From NCBI GenBank assembly GCA_963842945.1, contig CAWJIM010000001.1, forward strand, positions 32,001 to 96,000: a stretch of 64,000 bases of DNA. Direction: 5' to 3'. The translations under genes were made by a program, and so were the position numbers. Of this stretch, positions 10,859-21,552 are shown one piece after another. Under the pieces are notes generated by a model. That model worked only from the letters and a program-made list of their open reading frames with translations, had not been told where the DNA came from and made no database searches. Position 1 is the stretch's first letter. Each line of letters starts with the position of its first letter. Origin of the DNA: an uncultured Gemmatimonadales bacterium. GTDB lineage: Bacteria > Gemmatimonadota > Gemmatimonadetes > Gemmatimonadales > GWC2-71-9.

Positions 10859-11778
10859 CGGTCCTGATGTGTCCGGGCCAGGGGGCACAGCGCGTCGGGA
10901 TGGGGAAGGACCTGGCGGAACGGTTTCCGGCCGCGCGGGAAACCTTCTCCGCCATAGACGACGCGCTCGATACCAAGCTCTCCCGGATGATGTGGCAGGG
11001 ACCCGAGGACGAGCTGACTCTCACCCACAACGCACAGCCCGCAATTCTCGCCCACTCCATAGCGGTGCTCTCGGTTGTTGCCAGTCGGCTCACCGGCCTT
11101 GGTGCGGCAGCGGGGCACAGCCTCGGTGAGTACAGTGCCCACGTCGCCGCGGGCACGCTGAGCCCGGTGGATGCCGCCCGCCTGGTTCGGCGAAGAGGCG
11201 AGCTGATGTTCGCGGCCGGACAGCAGCGGCCCGGCGCCATGGCGGCCGTGCTCGGTCTGGCCACTGCCGAGGTGCAGAGTGCCTGCGACGAGTCCTCGGG
11301 ACCCGACGGCATTGCGGTCCCGGCCAACCTGAACGCGCCAGATCAGACTGTGATCTCGGGTGATCCTGCTGGGGTGGACCGGGCCGGCGAGCAATGCAAG
11401 GCGCGGGGCGCCAAGCGGGTCATTCCACTCAAGGTGAGTGGTGCGTTTCATTCTCCCCTGATGGCGCCGGCGGTGGACGGACTGCGCGAGGCACTGTCAG
11501 AGGCGACCTTTGCCGATCCGTTGTTTCCCGTCATCGCCAATGCCAGTGGCTACGCGGTACGGACGGGGGTGGACGCCAAGCGCCTATTGGCGGATCAACT
11601 GACGGCGCCGGTGCGCTGGGTGGCCTGCATGCAGGCCGCTGCCGAACTGGCACCTGGAGCAATCTTCGTCGAGATCGGCCCCGGCAATGTGCTGTCCGGC
11701 TTGTTGAAGCGAATCGTGCCGGGGGCCAAGGCCGTGACTTTGGGCACCGCCGACGAGGTCGAGCGGTTTCTTCAGTGA
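10852..11778 (+). CDS. fabD: malonyl-CoA:ACP transacylase
   Basis: PGQGAQ, GHSLGEY, VSGAFHS. Confidence 0.96.
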   Translation: MVTVLMCPGQGAQRVGMGKDLAERFPAARETFSAIDDALDTKLSRMMWQGPEDELTLTHNAQPAILAHSIAVLSVVASRLTGLGAAAGHSLGEYSAHVAAGTLSPVDAARLVRRRGELMFAAGQQRPGAMAAVLGLATAEVQSACDESSGPDGIAVPANLNAPDQTVISGDPAGVDRAGEQCKARGAKRVIPLKVSGAFHSPLMAPAVDGLREALSEATFADPLFPVIANASGYAVRTGVDAKRLLADQLTAPVRWVACMQAAAELAPGAIFVEIGPGNVLSGLLKRIVPGAKAVTLGTADEVERFLQ

Positions 11779-12521
11779 TGGCTCACAGCATCGATCTCAG
11801 CGGCAAGACGGCATTCGTCACCGGCAGTACCCGTGGCATAGGCCTGGCCATTGCCCAGACTCTCTACGCTGCCGGCGCCAAGGTCGCCGTGGTGGGGCGC
11901 GATGCCGCGCGGGCACGGGAGGTGGCGTCGTCTCTGGGTAGTCGAGCCACCGGGGTGGCCTGTGACGTTGCCCAGGAGGATCAGGTGGTGGCGGCGGTGT
12001 CTGCCGCCGAAGCTGCCCTGGGCGCGGTGGATGTTCTGGTGAACAATGCCGGGCTCACCCGCGACAACATTCTCCTCCGGCTGACCGACCAGGACTGGGA
12101 TGCGGTGCTCGACGCCAACCTGAAAGGGGCGTTCCACACCACCCGCGCGGTCATCAAGGGAATGATGAAGCGGCGAGCCGGGCGCATCATCAACATGAGC
12201 AGCATCGTCGGCCTGACCGGCAACAAAGGACAGGCCAATTATGCGGCCAGCAAGGCGGGGCTGATCGGCTTCACCAAAAGTGTCGCGAAGGAGTACGCCA
12301 GCCGCAACATTCTGGTCAACTGCATTGCGCCGGGATTTATTGAGACCGACATGACCGCCTCCTTGCCCGATACAGCCCGAGCCACATTATTAGAGCAGAT
12401 CGCGCTGGGCCGATTGGGCCGGCCGGAGGATGTCGCGGGCACGGTGTTGTTTCTCGCCTCGGATTTGGCGGGCTACATCACCGGACAGGTGCTGGTGGTC
12501 GATGGTGGCATGGTAATCTGA
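11778..12521 (+). CDS. fabG: 3-oxoacyl-ACP reductase
   Basis: [21 protein letters not shown]; fab operon context. Confidence 0.96.
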   Translation: MAHSIDLSGKTAFVTGSTRGIGLAIAQTLYAAGAKVAVVGRDAARAREVASSLGSRATGVACDVAQEDQVVAAVSAAEAALGAVDVLVNNAGLTRDNILLRLTDQDWDAVLDANLKGAFHTTRAVIKGMMKRRAGRIINMSSIVGLTGNKGQANYAASKAGLIGFTKSVAKEYASRNILVNCIAPGFIETDMTASLPDTARATLLEQIALGRLGRPEDVAGTVLFLASDLAGYITGQVLVVDGGMVI

Positions 12522-12552
12522 GACGGACCGTAATCCTTTAATCGAGGGTGAC

Positions 12553-12792
12553 ATGAGCAACGTGGAAGAGAAGGTCAAGGATATCATCGTCGAAGAACTC
12601 GGCGTCGAGCGGGAGAAGCTGACCAGCGATGCGAGCTTCATGGAAGATCTCGGAGCGGACAGCCTCGACACGGTCGAGCTGGTGATGGCGTTCGAGAAAG
12701 AGTTCGACATTGATATCCCCGACGAGGAGGCGGAGAAGCTCCGCACGGTCGGCGATGCCATGTCTTACCTGCACGAAAAGATCGGGAAATAG
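12553..12792 (+). CDS. acpP: acyl carrier protein
   Basis: [14 protein letters not shown]. Confidence 0.98.
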   Translation: MSNVEEKVKDIIVEELGVEREKLTSDASFMEDLGADSLDTVELVMAFEKEFDIDIPDEEAEKLRTVGDAMSYLHEKIGK

Positions 12793-12794
12793 TC

Positions 12795-14036
12795 TTGAGT
12801 CGTCGTGTTGTGGTCACCGGCCTCGGGTTGGTGACGCCGGTGGGGAACGATGTGGATAGCACCTGGCAGGCGTTGCTCGCCGGACGGTCAGGTGCCGCCC
12901 CCATCACCAAATTCGATGCTTCCAACCAGCAGGTTCGCTTTGCCTGCGAGGTAAAGGGCTTCGATCCGCTGCAGTACATCGACCGCAAAGAGGCCAAGCG
13001 CTACGATCTCTTTGCCCAGCTGGCACTCGCCGCCGCTCATCAGGCCATCACCCAGGCCGGGTTGGAGGGTCGCTTTCCATCTCCCGAGCGCACCGGGGTC
13101 GTGATCGGAAGCGGCATCGGCGGCATGCAGACCTACGAGGACAACTGCCGGGCATTTGTTACCAAAGGTCCCGACCGCGTCTCCCCATTCTTCGTCCCGA
13201 TGTTCATACCCGATATCGCCGCCGGTCTGGTGTCGATCCGGTATGGACTCAAAGGACCCAACTTCGCCACCGTTTCGGCCTGTGCCTCATCGGCTCACGC
13301 CATCGGTGAATCGTTCAACCTGATCCGCCACGGCGTGGCCGATGCCATTGTCACCGGCGGCTCCGAGGGAGCGATTACCGGGCTCACGGTGGCGGCCTTC
13401 GCCAACATGAAGGCGCTCTCCACCCGCAACGACTCGCCCGAGACGGCCAGCCGGCCGTTCGACAAGGATCGCGATGGGTTCGTCCTGGGTGACGGCGGCG
13501 CGATTGTCGTGCTGGAAAGCCTGGAGCACGCGGAGCGGCGGGGAGCCCAGATCCTCGGCGAGGTGCTCGGGTACGGGCTCAGCGCCGATGCCTATCACAT
13601 TACCCAGCCGGCGGAAGGCGGCGAGGGTGCGCAGCGGGCCATCCGCGACTGCCTGGCGGACGGAAACATCGATCCCAAGGACGTCGGGTACATCAACGCC
13701 CACGGCACCTCTACTCCGCAGGGCGATATCGCGGAGACCGAGGCAGTGAAGGCGGTCTTTGGAGAGCATGCCCGCAAGCTGGTGTTCGGCTCCACCAAGT
13801 CCATGACCGGCCACTTGCTCGGCGGAGCGGGCGCTCTGGAGTTCATCGTGTCCCTGCTGTCCTCCACCTGCGGTGTCATTCCGCCCACGATCAATCAGTT
13901 CACTCCCGACCCGGAGTGCGACCTCGATTCCGCCCCTAATCGGAAGGTCGAGCGGCGGGTAGATGTGGCTCTCTCGAACTCCTTCGGTTTTGGCGGGCAC
14001 AACGTGACCCTCGCCGTGAAACGCTGGGAGAGCTAG
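12795..14036 (+). CDS. fabF: beta-ketoacyl-ACP synthase II
   Basis: RRVVVTGLG, SACAS, NAHGTST, KSMTGHLLG, NSFGFGGHN. Confidence 0.97.
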   Translation: MSRRVVVTGLGLVTPVGNDVDSTWQALLAGRSGAAPITKFDASNQQVRFACEVKGFDPLQYIDRKEAKRYDLFAQLALAAAHQAITQAGLEGRFPSPERTGVVIGSGIGGMQTYEDNCRAFVTKGPDRVSPFFVPMFIPDIAAGLVSIRYGLKGPNFATVSACASSAHAIGESFNLIRHGVADAIVTGGSEGAITGLTVAAFANMKALSTRNDSPETASRPFDKDRDGFVLGDGGAIVVLESLEHAERRGAQILGEVLGYGLSADAYHITQPAEGGEGAQRAIRDCLADGNIDPKDVGYINAHGTSTPQGDIAETEAVKAVFGEHARKLVFGSTKSMTGHLLGGAGALEFIVSLLSSTCGVIPPTINQFTPDPECDLDSAPNRKVERRVDVALSNSFGFGGHNVTLAVKRWES

Positions 14037-14065
14037 CGAAGCGCCGCCTCGATTCGCAGTGGGCC

Positions 14066-14105
14066 GAGGGATCCACCAACTCGCATTTGGGCTGGTGGAT
14101 CCCTC
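14066..14105. terminator. 13-bp perfect stem-loop after fabF (possible terminator or processing hairpin)
   Basis: GAGGGATCCACCA / TGGTGGATCCCTC; no strong U-tract. Confidence 0.45.
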
Positions 14106-14206
14106 CGTGCATTTGGGGCTCTTGGGAAGGGTCAGACGGGTGGCAGCCGCAGCAGCGGTCCGTGTAGATTTTGGGGCTCGACTCTTCGGCACTCCAAGGA
14201 GATCCA

Positions 14207-15403
14207 ATGCCCGGCGGGATCGATCCAGAACGGCTGCGTGACCCTCTGCTGCGTCCCATTGCCGAGAAGGTGTCGGCGGGTGCACGTCTCGACCGGGAAG
14301 ATGGGCTGGCCCTCTATGCCACCTCGGATCTCCTCGGTCTGGGTGTGTTGGCCGACTTCGCCAATTTCCGCCGCAACGGCAACCGCGTTTTCTTCTCGGC
14401 CAACCAGCACATCAACCCGACCAACGTCTGTATTCTCCGGAACACGTGCACCTTCTGCTCCTTTGCCCGGATGCCGAAGGAGGAGGGGGCATACACCCGC
14501 TCGCTCGAGGAGATATTTCACGAGGCCGAGCAGGCCAGCGGCATGCCCACCCGTGAGTTTCACATTGTCGGCGGACTTCACCCCAAGCTCCGGCTCAGCT
14601 ATTACACCGACATGATCCGGGGCCTGAAGCAGCGGCATCCGCACGTGCATGTGAAGGCCCTGACCGCGGTCGAGATCGCCCATCTGGCCCGAATCGAGAA
14701 GATCTCCGAGCGCGAGGTACTGCTCGCCATGAAAGAGGCGGGACTCACCAGCCTCCCCGGCGGCGGCGCCGAGGTCTTCAGCACCGCGGTGCGAGCCACC
14801 ATCGCCGAGCGGAAGCTGACCGGGCAGGAGTGGCTGCGGGTCCATCGGGTCGCCCACGAGCTGGGAATTCCGACCAATTGCACCATGCTGTACGGACACG
14901 TGGAAACCGCGGAGGACCGGATCGAGCACCTGACCATGTTGCGGAGTCTGCAGGATGACACCGGGGGTTTCCTGACCTACATCCCGCTCGCCTATCATCC
15001 GGATCACAACGAGCTGGGTGAAGAGATGGGCCGGGTGGGTACCGCTACCACCGGGTACGAGGATCTCAAGAACATCGCGGTGGGGCGGCTCTTCCTCGAT
15101 AACATTCCGCACGTGAAAACCCATTGGCCGATGGTGACGCCGTTCGTCTCCCAGGTTGCCCTGAGCTTCGGCTGCGACGATGTGGAGGGCACGGTGGTGT
15201 TCGAGCGCATCTACCACGAGGCCGGAGCCCATACCGCCATGCACCTGCCCTATATGGACCTGGTCGGGCTGATCCGGGGAGCGGGGAAGGTGCCCGTCGA
15301 GCGAGACAGCCTGTACCAGACGGTGCGGGTTGAGTTCGACGAACCGCCGCCGGAGCCGTCGATGCGTCGCGGTGCCGCCCTCCCGGTGGTGCACGCGGCA
15401 TGA
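14207..15403 (+). CDS. mqnE: aminofutalosine synthase MqnE (radical SAM)
   Basis: HINPTNVC..CTFC, HIVGGLHP, KALTAVEI, LPGGGAEVF, TMLYGHVE; AAGGAG RBS; next to mqnA and mqnC. Confidence 0.9.
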   Translation: MPGGIDPERLRDPLLRPIAEKVSAGARLDREDGLALYATSDLLGLGVLADFANFRRNGNRVFFSANQHINPTNVCILRNTCTFCSFARMPKEEGAYTRSLEEIFHEAEQASGMPTREFHIVGGLHPKLRLSYYTDMIRGLKQRHPHVHVKALTAVEIAHLARIEKISEREVLLAMKEAGLTSLPGGGAEVFSTAVRATIAERKLTGQEWLRVHRVAHELGIPTNCTMLYGHVETAEDRIEHLTMLRSLQDDTGGFLTYIPLAYHPDHNELGEEMGRVGTATTGYEDLKNIAVGRLFLDNIPHVKTHWPMVTPFVSQVALSFGCDDVEGTVVFERIYHEAGAHTAMHLPYMDLVGLIRGAGKVPVERDSLYQTVRVEFDEPPPEPSMRRGAALPVVHAA

Positions 15404-16221
15404 GACTGGGGCGGATCCCCTGGATCAACTGTTATCCGGTCTACGGAGCCATCGACCGCGGCCTGATAAATGTTCCGGCGGAGATCGTCTCCGGAACCGC
15501 ATCCGAGCTGAACGACCTGATGGCGACCGGCGCTTTGCAGGTGAGCGTGGTCTCTGCGGTCGAGTACGCCAGGAACTCGGCGCTCTACGACCTGCTCCCC
15601 GATCTCGCGATCACCTGCGATGGCCCGGTCCACAGCGTGGCGCTCTTCTCCAAGCGCCCAGTCGAGGAGCTGACCGGACGGACGGTGTTACTCAGCGCCT
15701 CGTCCCGCACCTCGGTACTTCTCCTGGAGCTGCTCTGCCGCCACCGCTGGGGCATTATGCCGAACTTTGCTACCGCCCGCGCCGAAGCCGCTGATCTCGC
15801 ATCGCTCGCCGGACTCCCCCACGACGCCGTGCTGGTCATTGGCGACGCGGCCCTGCACCTCTCGTCCCAGCCGAACTACCCGGTCCGGGTCGACCTGGGC
15901 GAGGAGTGGAAGCAGTGGACCGGGCTGCCCTTTGTCTTCGCAGTATGGGCGTCGCGGCGGGATGCCCCCGCCGCCCGAGTACGGACGGTGCATCGCCGGC
16001 TCATGGAATCCCGGGAATGGGGTCTGGCCCACCTGGACGAGCTCGCCGCCGCCGCAGCCGCCAACACCGGCGTAGCCGAGTCAGTCTGTCGCGCCTATCT
16101 GGGCGACCTGGATTACGCCTTGTCCTATCGTCACCTGGCGGGCCTCACCGATTTCTTCCGCCGCCTCGCTCAGGACGGACTCGTGCCGGACGGGTCGCTC
16201 TCCTTCATCTCGGCGGCATAG
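15400..16221 (+). CDS. mqnA: chorismate dehydratase MqnA
   Basis: LGRIPWINCYP, GPVHSV, SRTSV, LVIGDAAL, DLGEEWKQWTGLPFVFAVW. Confidence 0.92.
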   Translation: MRLGRIPWINCYPVYGAIDRGLINVPAEIVSGTASELNDLMATGALQVSVVSAVEYARNSALYDLLPDLAITCDGPVHSVALFSKRPVEELTGRTVLLSASSRTSVLLLELLCRHRWGIMPNFATARAEAADLASLAGLPHDAVLVIGDAALHLSSQPNYPVRVDLGEEWKQWTGLPFVFAVWASRRDAPAARVRTVHRRLMESREWGLAHLDELAAAAAANTGVAESVCRAYLGDLDYALSYRHLAGLTDFFRRLAQDGLVPDGSLSFISAA

Positions 16222-16298
16222 AACCGACATAGCGGTAGAGCCGTCGCCGTAAAGGGCTGATAGACTGCAGTAAGTACATCTTGTAAAGGGCTGTCAGT

Positions 16299-17362
16299 AT
16301 GGAGCGTTATAGATCGGACTTCAAGCGAGTTCAAAGACTATCTGGAGCTCTATCAGCGGGCCTCGCTCCTCGAGCTGGGGCAGCTCGCCGACGCCGAGCG
16401 GTGGCGGCATCACCCGGAGAGGGTGGTCACCTACATCATCGATCGGAACATCAACTACACCAACGTCTGCGTCGCCGACTGCAAGTTCTGCGCATTCTAT
16501 CGACGGCCCAAGAACCGCGAAGGCTACGTCCTCAGCTTCGAGCAGATCGGCGCCAAGATCGACGAGTGCAAGGCGATCGGCGGCGTTCAGATTCTGCTCC
16601 AGGGCGGGCACAATCCGTACATTCCGTTCGAGTGGTACCTCGAGTTGATGCGCTACATCAAGCGGCATCACCCGATTCACATCCACGGCTTTTCTCCCTC
16701 CGAAGTCGTGTTCTTCAGCGAGCGTTTCGGACTGCCCGTCGCCGAAGTTGTGCGGGAGCTCCGCGAGGCGGGACTCGACAGCATCCCGGGCGGGGGCGGC
16801 GAAATTCTGGTGGATGAAGTCCGCCAGCGCGTCGCCCGCAAGAAGGCCCAGACGGAAGAGTGGCTCGGGGTCCAGGAAGAAGCCCATGCGTCAGGGGATG
16901 AAGACTTCCGTCACCATGATGTATGGACTCGGAGAGACGGATGCCGATCGAATCGAGCACCTGCTCCGGGTAAGAGAACTGCAGGCCCGCACGGGGGGCT
17001 TTACCGCCTTCATCTGCTGGCCGCTGCAGCCTGAAGGTACCGAGATGTCTGACCAGAAAAAGACTGACGCGGTGAGCTATTTGCGCACGCTTGCCATGGG
17101 ACGGATCATCTGCAACAATGTCCCCAACCTTCAGTCTTCCTGGGTCACCATGGGCCTCAAGGTGGGCCAGATCGCCCTTCAGTTCGGGGCCAATGATTTC
17201 GGCAGTCTGATGATGGAGGAGAACGTCGTCTCCTCGGCGGGCACTACCCACCGCGCCACCATCGAAGAGATGGAACGGTGCATCCGCGACGCGGGATACC
17301 TCGTCAGGCGGCGACGTCAGGACTACTCAATCATCGATGAGCCTGCCACCGTGGCCGCATGA
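16299..17362 (+). CDS. mqnC: cyclic dehypoxanthinyl futalosine synthase MqnC (frameshifts near 16301 and 16890)
   Basis: TYIIDRNINYTNVCVADCKFCAFYR and IPGGGGEIL, continuing in another frame to GANDFGSLMMEENVVS. Confidence 0.9.
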
Positions 17363-17835
17363 TCCGGGTCGGCATCGGCTACGACTCGCACCGATTTGTC
17401 GAGGGTCGTCCGCTGGTGCTGGGTGGCGTCACAATTCCTCATCCTCACGGGCTCGCCGGCCATTCCGATGCCGATGCCGTGGCTCACGCCCTGATCGACG
17501 CCATGCTCGGCGCAGCGGCGGCGGGCGATATCGGCCATCTGTTCCCCGACCACGATCCACGCTGGAAAGACGCCGACTCGATGGAGCTGCTCCATACGGC
17601 TCACGAGCTGGTGAGGTCTCGCGGGTTTTCCCTCCAGCAGGCCGACCTGACCATCATCACCGAACAGCCCCGGCTTGGCCCTCACCTTCCGCAGATGGCA
17701 GCCACCCTGGCCAGCTGGTTGGGCGCCAGCCCGGGATCGGTGAGCCTCAAGGCGAAGACCAATGAAGGCATGGGCTTTATTGGGCGGGGCGAAGGCGTCG
17801 CGGTAATTGCGGTCGCCACTCTGGAGGCCCGCTGA
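17359..17835 (+). CDS. ispF: 2-C-methyl-D-erythritol 2,4-cyclodiphosphate synthase
   Basis: RVGIGYDSH, GHSDADAVAHA, GDIGHLFPD, KAKTNE. Confidence 0.97.
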   Translation: MIRVGIGYDSHRFVEGRPLVLGGVTIPHPHGLAGHSDADAVAHALIDAMLGAAAAGDIGHLFPDHDPRWKDADSMELLHTAHELVRSRGFSLQQADLTIITEQPRLGPHLPQMAATLASWLGASPGSVSLKAKTNEGMGFIGRGEGVAVIAVATLEAR

Positions 17836-17855
17836 TAGAGTCTCTGCTCGGGTGG

Positions 17856-18899
17856 GTGTCGCAGCTTCCCCCCGGCGCGGTCTACTCGGTTCTCGCTCTG
17901 TTAGCCGCGATCGAGAACGTGATTCCGCCGGTGCCGTCGGATGCTGCTGTGGCGCTGGGTGCCTTCCTTACCAACCGGGGACTGACCACTCCGGTGGGCG
18001 TCTTTCTGGTGACCTGGGTGGCCAACCTCGCAGGCGCCGCGGCAGTGTATCTGGTCTCCCGCCGCTACGGCCGCCGGCTCTTTGCTACGAAGCTGGGACG
18101 CCGGCTCCTGGCGCCGCGGTCATTGGCCATTATCGAGCGCGAGTATCTCAGATTCGGCGTAGCCGGGATCTTTGTCAGCCGTTTTCTGCCCGGCATTCGC
18201 GCGGTGGTGCCTCCATTTGCCGGCCTGATTCATCTGAGCGCCGTACGCACCTTGGTGCCGATGGGAGTGGCATCTGCCATCTGGTACGGCAGCATCACGC
18301 TGCTGGGTTCGGTGATCGGAGCCGAATGGGGTCGGATCAATCACATTCTGCTCGGAGTGAACCGAACTCTCGGCATCATCACCGTAGTGCTGGTGCTGCT
18401 GGGCGTCGTGATGTACCTGCGTAACCGGCGCCGCCGGCAGCGGGAGCGAGTATGGCATGCAACCCGTGACGCGCTGGATCCCGCGACCCCCACGTTTTTG
18501 GCCGGTTCGGAGATCGCCGAAGGGTCGGCCCAGCAGGCGGCCGCCCTGCTGGTTCTGGAACTGGCTTATGCCGACACCGCGCTCACCGAAGCGGATCGCG
18601 ACCTGGTGGCCGCCCACCTGCGGGATCGCTGGGGACTGACGCCGGAAGGACAACCCTCGCCCGAGCCCGAGCACGACCGAAAGACCCGCTTTGCCGGGTA
18701 CGCCTCCCGGTTGCGCGGGCGTTTCGGCCAAAGCCAGCGACTCGCTCTGGTGGAGCGAATGTGGACGGTCGCTTTCAGCGACGGAGTCATTGGCCAGCAC
18801 GAGGAGCGGCTCATGCACCTGGCAGGAGAGCTTCTCGGCCTCCGCAAGGAGGATCTCATAGAAGTGCGCAGTCGTCTCCAGCGGGCAGGGCAGCCGTGA
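17856..18899 (+). CDS. DedA-family membrane protein fused to a C-terminal TerB-like domain
   Basis: IENVIPPVPSD and SRFLPGIR (DedA); C-terminal LAYAD..TEAD and VAFSDG..HEE (TerB-like). Confidence 0.8.
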   Translation: MSQLPPGAVYSVLALLAAIENVIPPVPSDAAVALGAFLTNRGLTTPVGVFLVTWVANLAGAAAVYLVSRRYGRRLFATKLGRRLLAPRSLAIIEREYLRFGVAGIFVSRFLPGIRAVVPPFAGLIHLSAVRTLVPMGVASAIWYGSITLLGSVIGAEWGRINHILLGVNRTLGIITVVLVLLGVVMYLRNRRRRQRERVWHATRDALDPATPTFLAGSEIAEGSAQQAAALLVLELAYADTALTEADRDLVAAHLRDRWGLTPEGQPSPEPEHDRKTRFAGYASRLRGRFGQSQRLALVERMWTVAFSDGVIGQHEERLMHLAGELLGLRKEDLIEVRSRLQRAGQP

Positions 18900-19819
18900 G
18901 CGCGATAGCCGTCGTCCGGCTCCAGATCGACCGGGACTTTTGGCTGGAAAGCTTCCGCGATTTCCTCGCGCTCGAGTCGGGCCATAGCGCCAACACCGTG
19001 GAGGCCTATCTCCGGGACCTTCGCCGTCTGGGAGAGTTTGCCACTTCGCGCGGTGTCCGGGATCCGGGACAGCTCACCCGCGGGCTGCTCCGGGAATTCG
19101 TGTTTCTTCTCAAGGATCTGGGACTCAGCGCGTCCTCGATCCGCCGAAGCGTGTCGGCCATCCGGACTTACTACGGATTTCTTCTGGGTGAGGGACGAGT
19201 CAGGGACGACCCCAGTGATCGCCTGGAAAGCCCGCGGCGGGGCCGAGTGTTGCCCGAGACCCTCAGCGTCACGGAAGTCGAGGCACTGCTCGGCTCACCC
19301 AAGGTCGAGCAACCCCTGGCCTGGCGCGATCGGGCGCTGCTGGAGCTGGCCTATGGCGCGGGATTGAGGGTCTCGGAACTGTGCTCGCTCGGCTTGACCG
19401 ACCTGCTGCTGACCGAGAATCTGATTCGGGTGTTTGGGAAGGGAAGCAAGGAGCGGCTGGTGCCCATCGGCCGGAGCGTCATTGGGGCGGTATCGGTATA
19501 CCTCCACACGATGCGACCCGAGTTGGACCGGGGAAAGAGCAAGGGGCGCGTGCTTCTCAATGCCCGGGGCGAGCCGCTCTCCCGGGTCGGCGCCTGGGGC
19601 GTGGTCAAACGCGCAGCCGAGCGCGCCGGCATTCCGAAGAGGGTTACTCCGCACACGCTGCGTCACAGCTTTGCCACCCACCTCCTGGAGGGCGGCGCAG
19701 ATCTTCGGGCAGTGCAGGAGATGTTGGGCCACGCCGACCTGTCGACCACTCAGATTTACACCCATGTGGACCGGGAATATTTGCGGTCGGTGCACAAGCA
19801 ATTTCATCCGCGCGGCTGA
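18896..19819 (+). CDS. xerD: tyrosine recombinase XerD
   Basis: NTVEAYLRDL, RDRALLELAYGAGLRVSE, GKGSKERLVP, TPHTLRHSFATHLL, LGHADLSTTQIYTHV. Confidence 0.93.
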   Translation: MSAIAVVRLQIDRDFWLESFRDFLALESGHSANTVEAYLRDLRRLGEFATSRGVRDPGQLTRGLLREFVFLLKDLGLSASSIRRSVSAIRTYYGFLLGEGRVRDDPSDRLESPRRGRVLPETLSVTEVEALLGSPKVEQPLAWRDRALLELAYGAGLRVSELCSLGLTDLLLTENLIRVFGKGSKERLVPIGRSVIGAVSVYLHTMRPELDRGKSKGRVLLNARGEPLSRVGAWGVVKRAAERAGIPKRVTPHTLRHSFATHLLEGGADLRAVQEMLGHADLSTTQIYTHVDREYLRSVHKQFHPRG

Positions 19820-19835
19820 GCGCCAACTCTCCAGG

Positions 19836-21552
19836 TCAAGCCGTGATCCCCGCCGCCACCGGGTCGGTACGTTCGAACAGACCGCCCAACCACTCCACTA
19901 TCCAGGAGGCCTCGAATCCCATGGCGAGAAGGGCGAGGCCTCCGGCCGGGATCAGGGCCCACTCTCCTATGCCTGGCCGTAGCAGGAGATAGCTTCCACC
20001 GGCAAGCGCGGCCGGTATCAGCAGCGTGATGGCGAGCAGCACCGCAAACGCAATAAGCATCAGGAGATTCTGACCCAGGGTCTCGACTCCTCCAGGACGC
20101 CCCGCACCCACCCGTACCCAGGCGGGATAGAGCAGCGCCGCTCCGTTCTGAATCAGCATGCCCAGCAAGTTGATCGGCGGCAGAAACACCAGGCTGAGCA
20201 GCAGGAGCAGCGTGCGCTCTTCCAGCCCGGCGTCCAGTGTCTGATTTCCCAGAAATGCGAGATAGCTGAGACTCAGCAGAGCGATCTCCATCAGGGTGAG
20301 CATCAGAGTCGAGGCTCCTGCCTCGGCCAGGACCACGGACCACCCTCGCAGCGGGTAGCTCCGCAGCAGATCCAGCTTCGGCAGGTCGCTGCGCAGGTCG
20401 TTCCGCACGTACTGTGGCCCAGTGATCACCATCAGGCCGGCCCAGAAAAGCGCGAGCCAGCCTGCGGCTTCCGCGAGAGTTCCTTCGGGGTCAAAGGAGA
20501 GCACCGCTACAATCCCGCCTGCCAGCAGTGAGCGACACTGCCAAGTTCCGCATCCTACGCGTCCGGGTGGCTGCCACCAGATTCTTCCACAGAATGGCGC
20601 CCGCCGGCCATCCAGTAGCGGAGAGCCGAATCAGTGCACGTCTGGGCCGATTCCGAGTGGCGGGAACCTTGACGCTTCCACTCGCAAGCGCTGTGACTCT
20701 GCGGAGCGACGCTTCCGCCGCGGCTTCCTCGAAAGCGGTGTCAGAACGAATCACCCACACGTAGTGCAGCACCATCAGCAGCAGGGCAGGCCAGAGACTT
20801 GCGAACCACTCCGCCACGCTGTGGGCTGCGAGCGGGCGAATCATGATGCGGAAGGGGTACGTCAGCAGGCGGGGCAGGGGGCGATCAAACGTGGCGGCCA
20901 CGGCGGTGAGAAAGCTGGATCCCGTTTGCTGCCGCGCCGCCACGAGCTCGGGCAAGGCATCGGCGATGCTCCACACCAGGGCAACGAGGAATGCGCCCAG
21001 CACGGTGAGTGAGACTGACCGGTGACGCGCCCCGAGCCGCCCATGCTCCGACAGGCTGGTGCGAACGAACGAGGCGCCCAGCCGGTGAAATGAGAGGGTC
21101 GTCAGCATGATCCAGATCGAGATCACTCTGAGCCAGGCTGACACACCGAAGCGCTCGCGCGACAGTATCAGGGTCCAGAGCAGCGCGTTGAACAGGATGA
21201 GCAGCTGGGTCCGGAGCAGCTTGAACTGAATCAGGCCTTGCCGGGAGACCGGTCCGGAGAAGAGGAAAGTGACTTCGGCCGGGGTGAAGGCCAGCACTCG
21301 CCGCTCCACGCCGAAGATCCATCCCCATGCGACGGCGCCGAAGAGGGCGAAGGCGCCGATCAGCTCGAGTACCTTCGGATCTACCGCTGCGGCGGCGGGC
21401 GTCGTCGGTCGCTGGCCGATCACCACGAACCAGAGGTAGGCAAGGCCGAGCAGGAGTGCCGCGAGGTAGCGGGGACTTCTGAGCTGCCGGAATTGTCTCA
21501 CAATGCGGTTACGGGCCGATCGCCAGGTGAGATACCCGAACACGCCGATCAT
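19836..21552 (-). CDS. putative ABC exporter membrane subunit (frameshift near 20510-20530)
   Basis: Multi-TM ORFs 20491-21552 and 19836-20504; LAFTPAEVTFLFSGPVSR, RNDLRSDL; coupled to an ABC ATPase. Confidence 0.75.

Noticed and set aside
18896..19819. Tyrosine recombinase as a phage or island integrase
   Set aside because: Motifs and length match housekeeping XerD, it is operon-coupled, and no att sites or mobile genes are adjacent.
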